Source: Botryllus schlosseri
Lineage: Eukaryota
Reading direction: 5' to 3'
DNA length: 64,000 nucleotides
Assembly (NCBI GenBank): GCA_051294905.1
Contig: CM119372.1
Location: 24,926,001-24,990,000 of the forward strand
The translations under genes were made by a program, and so were the position numbers. The notes beneath the pieces are model-generated. The model had not been told where the DNA came from and made no database searches. It was given only the letters and a program-made list of their open reading frames with translations. Positions 51,401 through 61,914 of the stretch are shown piece after piece. Position 1 is the first letter of the stretch. Each line of letters begins with the position of its first letter.

Positions 51401-53295
51401 CTCATCAGTAAAACGCACGATCATTGAATAATTGGTCGATCTCACGGGTTACACAAGCGTTTCGCGAGCAATTCGATTGCAAGATACAGTGATTTTTATC
51501 GACATCGATTACTTGATGACTTGAAATTGACTCGTGAATTTTGCTTCGAGTCACGAGTCAATCCACATTTCTGATACGCCGAGTCAAGTCAAGTCAAGTC
51601 ATTTTCACAAAGTGACTCGAGTCAAGTCAAGTCATACGAAAAAGGTGACTCGAGTCTGACTCGAGTCAAGTCATGACTCGAGTCATCCCAACACTGTGGC
51701 ATATAAGTTTTACCTGCGGGAGAGTATTTGTCTTGTGAGGTTCAGATTGCCAAGACAGGAACATTCGTATCCATTCATTTAGGCGCCTATGGACAATTAA
51801 ACCTATATGTATTTTGTATATATAACGAAGTTTTGGGTGAGCATAAGGGTAGTCGTTTTCGGCCAAGGTTTTCTCGCTGCCGATAGTTCTGGCACACTTC
51901 TTGTTGTCGCATGTTACATGCCCTAAAACTTTAAATGTCTTGGTGCATCGTGGCGCGGTAATGGCCAACGCCGATATGCTCATTTTTATAAATCTTGTGT
52001 ATTTTTTCTTGGGGGAAGAGTACCCAAAAAGAAAGATATCTGGCAACTTGAAATCGCGTGGTGCGCGAAAAATTTATGAAAAAGTTGCATAAATTTTAAA
52101 AAACTCTATAATTTATGCTAATTCACGAAATAATTTTGCGCCTCTTTCGAGCTCTCCCCGCCTCAATTGAGGGTTTGGGGAGCGGCAGTTACGGTCCTGG
52201 GTTCGACTCCGATACGCTTCTTCTCTCGATATTGTCAAAGATAAGAATATTATTCGAGTTGGCGTGGTCGATAAACCACGGCATTCGGCGCGAAAGACTG
52301 TAAACGACTCTCGGCGGTAGCACTTTACCTGGAAAAGGCAATCTTACTTCGACTCATCAGACTCACTACCATAAAATCACATGAATGTTATCATGAATAT
52401 AATTAAATACGATCAAAACCCTTTAAATGTCACTCTCTTGCACCATATAATTGCAAAAACCGGTTGCATAATTTACATTTTGGCTTCATTTCAATTTTGA
52501 AAGTTCACCGGTCCGCGAGACATTTTTTAAAATTTGACCGGTCCGCGAGGTGAAAAAGGTTGAGAACCACTGCTCTAGATAACTAACCTACGGGTAAATT
52601 AGTAATCTATATAGACCAGGGGTGGCCAACCTTTTCCGCTAATATACGACAATCATTTTATCCCTACATTTCATCGTCGACGATCTTTCTGCGAGCGCAA
52701 ACGCGAAAAGACTTTCTCTCGTAATTACGAATATAGTTGGACTCAATCGGCAAAATAAGGCGTTTTTTCATTATCAGGAGGGGGTAGGCTACAAAGCAAG
52801 AAATCGTGTGACAATTAAACACGTGAAGCGCGAAGAAAAATTTTACTACTCTTTTAGTTTATTGTAATGTACGACGATTTACTAAAAATGTGACTGGACC
52901 CTGGATCTGCCGTGCGTCGGAACTGCTATTTTAGTCATCAACATCCCGAGTGTCGCTGCCAGACTAATCATATTTTTGGTTGGCCTTGCAAGTTCACAAT
53001 CTGAGCAATTCAATTTCGATAATATCACAGGATTTCGATAATATAATGGGAAATTAGCTCGTGCATGGGCTACTCAAAACCTTCTCGCGGGCCACAGATG
53101 GCCCGCAGGCCGCGGGTTGCCCACCCCTGATATAGACAGACACCTTCGATCGTTTTCAGAGCCGGAGCCGGAGCTGGAGCCGGAGCAGTGGTAATAATGC
53201 GGCTCCGGAGCTGGAGCTGGAGCTACTGTATGATAGAAGAAAGCTCCGGAGCCGGAGCTGGAGCAATGCAAATTTACGGCTGCTCCAAAGCCCTG
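48427..53295. mobile_element. Nested stack of hAT-type MITEs
   Basis: Outer GGAGCC-repeat element (TSD ctacacac/ctacccac) > 49296-52572 (TSD ctctagat) > 49617-52199 > 50736-51696 (TSD tggtatat/tggcatat). A sibling lies at 52617-53129 (TSD atatagac). Confidence 0.8.
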
Positions 53296-53539
53296 CTACC
53301 CACAGTCAAATTAGCGTGTGTTGGCGGCCATCAAGATGCAATTTGAATTTACGAATTTGTTCCCAAATCTTTCAGGGATTGCAATCCCATTATCTTCGCG
53401 CTTTGCGCGAACCGGAAGATATGCATATCATCATTAATTTTGAACCCAAATTTTTCGAAGATACCCTCCATCAGTTCTAAAGGTTAATCTGATCACGTGT
53501 ACTGAGAATAGATGAAAAATTGACACTAGTATGTGAAAC

Positions 53540-54951
53540 CATAGTGTCCTATATGGTGTCGACACAGCAAATCTCACGGTTCAATGAAATTGTATCACGT
53601 CACAATTTCCATTTGGCTACAGGCAATTTGACGGTCATTTTTGACCGGCTTGCCGAGCAATAAATTTGATGAATCGGGTATCAATCGAAAGCTAACTCTG
53701 CACTGATTACGAAAAAAAAAAATTATTCCAGTCATGGCCCTGGAACCCCCGCAATCAGCCCCAAATTACTCATTGTTGAGTAGATTGGCAGTGTGACGCA
53801 ACAATGCTGTCTGGTGAAACGAGAGAGAAACTCAAGAGCAAGGATGCGGTCGAGCGGCGAGAGTGAGATCAGCTGACGTCGCGGCAATAGCTATGTGCAA
53901 TTATAGATAACTATCCTAGCTATACTTAGACGGAAGGACCTCCATAAGTTGAAGGATATTGCAGAGAAATTCGTAGGTCCCAAATACATTCTGTGGACCT
54001 AGTTCTACCTTTACAAATCAAGGAAAGGCAGGTAATGTGTGCTCGCTTTTAGCGAAGCGCCTATAGAAAGTATCAACAGCGCCACGCATCTCTGGAGCCA
54101 TACGCAACAACCGGGCTAAGGTAATCGATATCATAATAATCTGACATATCCCATGTAGACTACTTAGACGTAGCCTACATATCTCTTTCAGCTGAAGGAT
54201 ATTGCGCGAAAATTGGTAGGGACCAAATACATTCTGTGGACCCAGTTCTACCCTTACAAATCAAGGAAAGGCTGGTAACGTGTGCTCGCTTTTAGCGAAG
54301 CGCCTATAGAAAGTATCAACAGCGCCACGCGTCTCTGGAGCCCTACGCAACTAGCGGGCTGAGGCAATCGATATCATAATAATGTGACATATCCAATGTA
54401 GACAATTTAGACGTAGGCTAAATATCTCTATCAGTTGAAGGATAATGCGCGAAAATTGGTAGGGCCCTAATACATTCTGAGGACCCAGTTCTACCCTTAA
54501 AAGTCAAGGAAAGGCTGATAAGGCGTGCTCGCTTGTACCGAAGCAAATAGAAAAAGTATCAACAGCGCAGCGTTTCTCTGCGACGCGATTGCACATAGCT
54601 ATTGCCGCGACGTCAGCTGATCCCACTCTCGCCGCTCGGCCGCATCCTTGCTCTTGAGTTTCTCTCTCGTTTCACCAGACAGCATTGTTGCGTCACACTG
54701 CCAATCTACTCAACAATGAATAATTTGGGGCTGATTGTGGGAGTTCCAGGGCCATGAGTGGAATTAAATTTATATTTTCGTAATCAGTGCAGAGTCAGCT
54801 TTCGATTGATACCCGATTCATCAAATTTATTGCTCGACAAGCCGGTCAAAGATAACCGTCAAATTGCCTGTAGCCAAATGGAAATTGTGACGTGATACAA
54901 TTTCATTCAACCGTGAGATTTGCTTGTGTCGACACCATATAGGACACTATG
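53540..54951. mobile_element. P-superfamily (Galileo-like) non-autonomous element with ~360-bp TIRs and an internal 243-bp tandem repeat
   Basis: Termini CATAGTGTCCTATATGG...CCATATAGGACACTATG. 7-bp TSD gtgaaac at 53533-53539 and 54952-54958. Internal repeat registers at 53951, 54194, 54437. Confidence 0.8.
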
Positions 54952-55566
54952 GTGAAACTACCAACATCATCGGCGAAATTCATTCAAGGGGCTCAGCAAA
55001 ATTTTCGCGTTCCGCGTGACTAGAAGACTATTCCCAGTAACATTTCCTGACATGTAGCGGCTACTCGTCATTTTGGGGCATATAATATATTTATTGATCA
55101 TTTGCTATCATCATTTAATTTTTCTTCCATTTTCCTTTTTTAACTAAACATTTTTCACAGCCAGACTGTTCAGTGTCAAGTGTACCTGTTTGATTATAGA
55201 CAATGTATATATATCATTGATTATAGATTACTAACCTACCGTAGGTTAGTAATCTCTAGTTTGATGCTGGAGTGATCAGACTAGATGACCTTCACGGTTT
55301 TATCGATCATTCCTATCTAATACCGAATACTGTGCATGCATATTTTCTGTACCACCATCACAGCCGTTTGTTATGTATTTTGGTTGGATGAAAATAAAGA
55401 CTCTCTCTCTCTCTCTCACAAAAACTTGCCCTACTATTCAATGAAAATTTTGCTAGTCGAGTTGACTAGCTCAGCTGTGAGTCACGTGTTTCGCATGCAT
55501 CTCATTCACAACAAAAGGCGGCGGTGAGGTGATTGGCAATTTCGCATATGAGCGGGCGCTGCTGGA

Positions 55567-56955
55567 ATGAATATAGATATTAGCCAAGAAAAAGTTATAA
55601 GATACCATTTGAAGAGTTTACTTCGAATGGTAACGCAGTATCAAGATTTCTTAGACTCCTTCATTATAGAATTTTTCATTGAAGATCACTGGAAAAAAGT
55701 GCCCGAAGGATGGAGAAAGATATTCGAAAATATGGAACCAAGCGAATTCAGTGACCAGATCTTTGAGGAACATCCCCAGAACGGCTATACCGATGTTCTG
55801 CCACTTTCCCTGCTTGCGTTCAAAACATGTTGTTCATCTTTTGGAGTATCCAGACATTACAATACTGCCATTGATATTGGAGAATTTAATTTAATTCCTT
55901 GCCAAAGTAAAATGATCGATCACATTTTCAGAAAACATGTTAAACCAAAAAAGCAGCATGAAATTAGAAAATTGGGTGAAGTGATAAGGAAAGAAATGAA
56001 TTTTTCAGAAATAACGAGGGTTGTGGATGTTGGTGCTGGTCATGGGCATCTATCACGTCTGCTAGCTGTTGGTTATGATATACCAGTATCTTCATTTGAA
56101 CTGAATGCTGACAGTGTGATACGAGCAAAAGAAATGGATGATGAGTGTATCAAGTGCATCTATAAAAAGAACCCACATGGTCCCAAAGTAGTGCCGTCTC
56201 ATACAGCCAAGTTTATCGAGCCATTTTTAACGTCCCGTGAGTTTCTGGATTTGTTCGGAGACCTTGTACCGGCAGAAAAAATTTTACTAACTGGTCTTCA
56301 TGCATGTGGGGATTTAAGTGCAACTATGTTACATACATTTGTGAATTGCAAAGAAGTACAATCTCTTGTTTCAATATCTTGTTGCTATATGAAGTTATCA
56401 ACTTGTGGCGATTTCACCGAGAAAAGTTGTTTCTATGGATATCCAATGAGTTCATATGTTCGATCCATCCCATGCTATCACTTGAGTTACAAAAGCAGAG
56501 CAACTGCTTGTCATGCGAATGAAAACTTCGCAAAAAACCTCCGTACAAATGGCGATCAATTGCGGGTGCACTGTTGCCGTTCTGTTTTAGAATCATTAAT
56601 TAGAAAATCGCGCCCCGAAATGGTAAGACCTGGTGTCCAAATTTCTCAAAAAATACAGTTATTTGACTTTGAAAAATATGTCAAAATCGCATTTGAAAAG
56701 ATTGGTATGTCAGATCATTTGTCTGATGACGTCAACGGCGAAGAGGTGAAGTCTATGTTGTCACAGTGGAAGAAAGTGATCATGTATTATTCGCTTAGTT
56801 TATTACTAGCACCTTTGGTAGAAACCGTGATTTTACTCGATAGAGGAATTTATTTATTAGAGAATGGGTTTCCATCTCGCGTGGAGTGTATTTTTGATCC
56901 GTCACTCTCTCCAAGGTGTTTTGCGTTGATTGCGAATAAAAATTCTGACAAGTAG
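55567..56955 (+). CDS. METTL25B: Methyltransferase-like 25B (RRNAD1); intronless, 462 aa
   Basis: FRKHVKPKKQHEIRKLG, VVDVGAGHGHLSR (SAM motif I), LTGLHACGDLS, SCCYMKL, GYPMS, LAPLVETVILLDR, IFDPSLSPR. Confidence 0.92.
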   Translation: MNIDISQEKVIRYHLKSLLRMVTQYQDFLDSFIIEFFIEDHWKKVPEGWRKIFENMEPSEFSDQIFEEHPQNGYTDVLPLSLLAFKTCCSSFGVSRHYNTAIDIGEFNLIPCQSKMIDHIFRKHVKPKKQHEIRKLGEVIRKEMNFSEITRVVDVGAGHGHLSRLLAVGYDIPVSSFELNADSVIRAKEMDDECIKCIYKKNPHGPKVVPSHTAKFIEPFLTSREFLDLFGDLVPAEKILLTGLHACGDLSATMLHTFVNCKEVQSLVSISCCYMKLSTCGDFTEKSCFYGYPMSSYVRSIPCYHLSYKSRATACHANENFAKNLRTNGDQLRVHCCRSVLESLIRKSRPEMVRPGVQISQKIQLFDFEKYVKIAFEKIGMSDHLSDDVNGEEVKSMLSQWKKVIMYYSLSLLLAPLVETVILLDRGIYLLENGFPSRVECIFDPSLSPRCFALIANKNSDK

Positions 56956-57444
56956 TTTGAAGTGCATCAGTGATCTCTTATCTGACCCTATTGATTAAAT
57001 GCTGATATATGTTTTTGTCTCTGAACTAGTCAAGGGCTGGTGTGACCCGAGTTATGTTGAAAGCAGTGAATCATGTGTTACTGCCTTACTGGACACGATA
57101 CCATTTATTGACCATAATAGTCTGAGCTGCAATAATTCGTCAATGTTGAACATTTGCGGTCTGTCCACAGAGCAAAATGGTTGCAGACCCCAGAAGAGAT
57201 ATCCATTGACATCATTTCAATTCTCTACCAGTGCCACATTCAAATTGCAGTTGCCTATAGACCTGTGAATCATCTAGGCCTACTTGCTCTATTATTTGGA
57301 TAGCGAACGTGATACATAATGTGAAATTTTTGTATTGAATATTTATACTGCACTGTTTACATACATGCTACCAGTCGAGTGCTGGCTTGAATCCATTCAA
57401 CCAGGTATTTTTAAATTCAGGCTTGCTAGTTATCACACTTATTG

Positions 57445-60400
57445 ATGGCTGGAGCTGAACAGAACAGACTGCAAAGTATGCATCTAAGGTGACGTTCAAA
57501 GACTCGCATTATGCTTATGAAACCTAATGTTTAGGTCTTTTGCGATTTGCTGTTGATGCAGGCTCTCATGGGGAAGATCCCAACAGACCTGTGACACAGG
57601 TCAGCACGGAAAACCGAGCTTGGCTCAATCAAGCAATTCAAGAGTATTCTGCTCATACAGTTGACCCGGTATGTTCACCAGTATGACCTCTTCTATCAGT
57701 GGTTACTGATTACCACGGACGTGTTCAGAAGTAGTCAGTAAATTTCTAATCAACTAGAAGCGGAGGTGGCCAGTAACTACTTTTTCTAGTTATACTAGGG
57801 CACAACGATGACCTTTGATTACATTTTTAGCCTTGGTATTGGTAATTCAGCGGTAAATTTGGAGATTTCGGAATGTAATTAGAACTATAATCTGACTAGA
57901 GAGGCCCGAGAGGGCTATGAAAATCTTGAAATAAGTCAGAACTAGGGTTATAACCAAGTTATAAGTCAATTTTACTTTTATAGTTTCGAGTCAAGTCGAG
58001 TCATTTTCACTTCACCACCGAGTCAAGTCAGGGAGCAATGGGTCGAGTCGGCGTTGAGACTCACGTCAAAGTCATAGAGTTCCTAATTGAGATCAAGACG
58101 GGTTCTCGCTTCTGTGAGATGATTTATTTGGTCATGTGCAGTGACTCGGGTACAAATCGAGTCACTGCTCAAATTGACTCCATATGAGTCATTTTCCATT
58201 TTTGAGAAAATGACTTGAGTCAAGTCGAATTGTGACTCGAGTCATTACAACCCTGGTCAGAATATTGACACAGTGATTTCTATAATATTAAGGAGAACAC
58301 CGCCTTGTTGCATGGTAGAATACACAATCAGGGACAATAGGAATAAACAAAGCAAGCCAATGAATATCTATATGCTTCGTAAATACTGTACCGTGTGTGT
58401 GCAGGCTACCAGTATTTGTTTACTATTAACATTTTTTAATGCAGGTGCAATGCTTAAAAGCGCACTTGACTACAATTCATCGGTTCCTCCATCCAGTGGA
58501 AGAGGCAGACAAAAATATTGAGCAATCAGATGTTAACCATGCTCTCACTGAAGTACACGAGTTTTGCGAAGACTTTGATCTTGCAAGAGATCTCCATCAG
58601 ATCGGCGGTTTTGATATCATGAAGCAATGTTTGGATCATGCCAATACTGAAATTCGGTGAGATATGAACCGTTTCTACTTTTTAAACCAAGTCAAACCAC
58701 CGTACAAATTTTCTCCATGAATAAACTGGCGTCATTTTCGATGGCAAAAAGTTCGATCATTGTGTAAATAAACATAGGCTACCATTGGGTTACCATATGT
58801 CGTCCTTTTTTAGGAAATCGAAAATGTACACCTTTTGTCAATTCGTCGTCCTTTACATCTTTGACGGCTAGGCTAATGGACAGGGTCAGCCGAAAAATCT
58901 CCATAACTGACGCGAAAAACATAGCTTTGACAGGCACAACAGAAAACAAAAATGGCATAAATGACGCGAAATCTGTTGCATGGATGTTCGAGCGGGTCTT
59001 TCGGAAGTCGGACTGGAAAAATGACCATTTTTTAGTCAGTATTTACAGTATTTACATAAAAGTGGGTTATCCGGGAGTCAAGTTGAAAAAACAACCTTTT
59101 TTAGTCAGCAAGGGGGGATTTCCTGTAAAAATATTCGAATCAGCAGTTCTCTACTCTACTACGATTTGTCTCTCCTGCCAATGAAACGACCGCTGATTTC
59201 CACCTCAAATTTTTGACACTAGTAACTTCGTTCTCTTGACATTGTCCCGGACATGGTTTTTTATGCAATCATGTTTGTAATGAATAAACAGCCGATGGAG
59301 GGATGGATGAGGTTAAATGACCACTTGACCAGTCTAGCAATAAATGTAGTTGACTTTCAAGGATAAGCTCAAGCTGGGCAATGCCACTTTGAATGAATTG
59401 CATGTTTTAAAATTGGCACCATGAATTATAATTATTTACTATCTTCATCATTATGCAATTGCATTACTATAATGCTTTTACAAATGATGCAGTGACATTT
59501 TACATTTTGTATTCCTTTATGATCTGCAGAGCCAAAGCGTGCGGTGTGATTGGCGGCGCATGTCAAAACCACGAATATTGTCAAAATGCTCTAATTGAAA
59601 TGAATGTGTTGTCATGTCTTATTGACCTAATGAACAGATCCATTGAACGCAGTAGTGATGGTAAGTGCAACTATATTTCGTTTGAGTGTGTGCAACGGCC
59701 TACTCGCAATTTTTGCGGTTTAGATGATACCGAGAAACTCAAGATTTTCTTTGCACTATCGTGCCTTGTGCGTGGGAATGAAAGGGCTTTGTCTTGTTTC
59801 GAGGAACAAGACGGATTCTCCACAATCGTCAGAGTGTTGCAACTCAACAAGCGCCGGCTATCGGTGAAAACCATGTTCTTCATCAGATCCTTGTGTCAAG
59901 AAGACGCGAAATATGCCAAGTATGTGCTGGCCTAATTTCTGACTAAAATTAGATTTTCAATATACGCATTCATTTCTGCAGATCCTCCCTGACATCAGAA
60001 CAAGTCTTGTGTTCTCTAGTAGGAACATGCCGTAAGCCATGCTGTTCTCGTCTGTTTCAGGGTGTTTCATGGACGAGGAGCAGAGATTCAAATCATGGGA
60101 TTGCTGAAAGAATATATCGACGAGTTGTGCAGCGATGGAGAAGCGGAATACGATGTTGAAATAGAAGTTATTCTGGAGTGTTTGGAACGTCTCATGGCTA
60201 ATTCCGAGGAAGCTAAAACTGAATGCTGCAATCCGAGGTATATTATGTGATCTCAACCATTGCGACTCATAAATTAGGATAATTAAAGAGTTACGGTCAA
60301 CGACCAGAGATAGTAGTAGAAGTAGTAAGTGTAAGTGACTTGGTGAAGTACATGTCAAAACTAAGTTTAGTTAAAATTATGGTTGGGATCAATAAGTAGG

Positions 60401-60635
60401 TTTGGTTGGTTGTAGGATGCAACACAAAATAGCAGTACAATTTCCTACTAATATAAATTCAGTTACCACAGTACCTGGTGGTATAGTAGTTTGTTTTTTT
60501 CTCAGCTATCATCTGGGATCGTTACTCTATCGTTTAAAAAACCGGTGTACAACTGACGAAACCGCAGAATGCGTGCGTTATTGCGACAAGATTCTCAGTC
60601 TATGCTTTGACGATGTGGATGCTGACGACCGATGA
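57445..60635 (+). CDS. HSPBP1: Hsp70-binding protein 1 (armadillo-repeat nucleotide exchange factor, Fes1 family)
   Basis: Exons 57445-57475 (tentative start), 57562-57668, 58445-58656, 59530-59660, 59724-59919, 60061-60237, 60506-60635. Motifs: ENRAWLNQA, FCEDFDLARDLHQIGG, IGGACQN, FALSCLVRG...F...DGFS, YCDKILSLCF...DDR*. Confidence 0.87.
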
Positions 60636-60887
60636 CACCGGATGTAGAGTGGAACTTTACTCTGTGCAGCTCCATGAGCAAGAATTCACCATATCGAGGC
60701 TGACTGCATGAACTGGAACGCAATGAAATTTTGTTTGGTCATCATCGTGTTAACATACCAGTTTGCAATGATTCGCTGATTTGAAATACAGTACGAATGA
60801 AAAAGAAAAAAATTTGCAGTCGCTAGTTTGGTGAAACAAAAAAAAAACACAATGGCATGATAAGGCTGTAGGGAAAAAATAACTTGC

Positions 60888-61914
60888 TCAAGAAGGGTAT
60901 TCTTCCGTTACCCATTCTTCTGTATGCTGATGCACCGTAACCTCATTCGCAAGGGTCGGTACATCCTCCGCACTGACTGTAAATCAACAAGAGTGAATTA
61001 TAAGTTTGTGTGCTAGCGGACCTGCGGTACCGCAGTTACCTGTTAAGATTTGGTGCCCCTCTCTTATGAGTGGGATTTCCGTCGAAGTTTCGACCTCTAT
61101 GATGTCGCCGTTGATGGCGTTCTGCGTCACTCGGAATTGCACGGCTGTAGAAAAGAGCAGATAGTTGGAGGTTATATGATTTCAAAGTATGGAGTAGACT
61201 CGCTCCCAAGGCTATTTATGATTGAAATTCCGTAATTTCTGGTGCCGGGAAGTTTCAAGTACAGCCTGCACTGTGTTGTGAGGTTTGCCAACAAACCCAA
61301 TATCAAAAGGCGGCGTGATTCAACTAGGACTTATAATGTGCACTGTGCAGCTTTAGATTAAAGTTACCAGTTGCCTGAATATTCATAAGTACCACCAACC
61401 TTTTCAGAGTACCTGGGTAGATTTTGTCTTGTGTTACTTCGTCAAGTGACTTGTTTTTTTACATTTGCAAAACGATTTCGAAAGTAGAATATAGGTTTGG
61501 GATTGGTTTGTGTTACATTAGCAATCAACTTGTCCAAATAGACCATGTATGAGTTTTCTTTACTTGAGTAGCGATTCCGGCTACTTTAACCACCTGCGGT
61601 CAATTCTGTCGGGGCATTCCTCATGCAGGATACGTACACCTCGGCACTAACCCTCACCTGGTTGGAAAGTATGCATCCCAGGCAGTGTCTGAACCGGGCT
61701 TTCCGCTCCCTGATTTCCATTCGCTGCTGTAACCCGGCTGAATGTCGACATGGGTGGAACTGAGGCTGATCTCGATACGTCCGGTATCGGGCCCGGAGTA
61801 TGATCTGAAAATGTCCAAAACACGGTACAGTGGATGTCCCTCGGAGTTGTTGCGAATATCAGCAATAAGCATACCTGTTAACGTATCGACTGTGACTGCA
61901 TTTCCGGAAATCGT
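60888..61914 (-). CDS. 3' exons of an unidentified gene (5' part unresolved or outside window)
   Basis: Four phase-consistent GT-AG exons 61914-61875, 61804-61658, 61144-61040, 60976-60888. They encode TISGNAVTVDTLT-DHTPGPIPDV...HTFQP-AVQFRVTQNAINGDIIEVETSTEIPLIREGHQILT-VSAEDVPTLANEVTVHQHTEEWVTEEYPS*. Confidence 0.65.

Noticed and set aside
50736..51696. GACTCGAGTC/CAAGTC palindromic repeat arrays as CRISPR-like arrays
   Set aside because: No constant repeat-spacer periodicity and no cas genes. They are subterminal repeats of a TIR element with 8-bp TSDs in a eukaryotic genome.
43600..55000. Short ORFs in the repeat-rich spacer as transposase genes
   Set aside because: No recognisable DDE, THAP, BED or RT motifs; all lie in non-autonomous elements.
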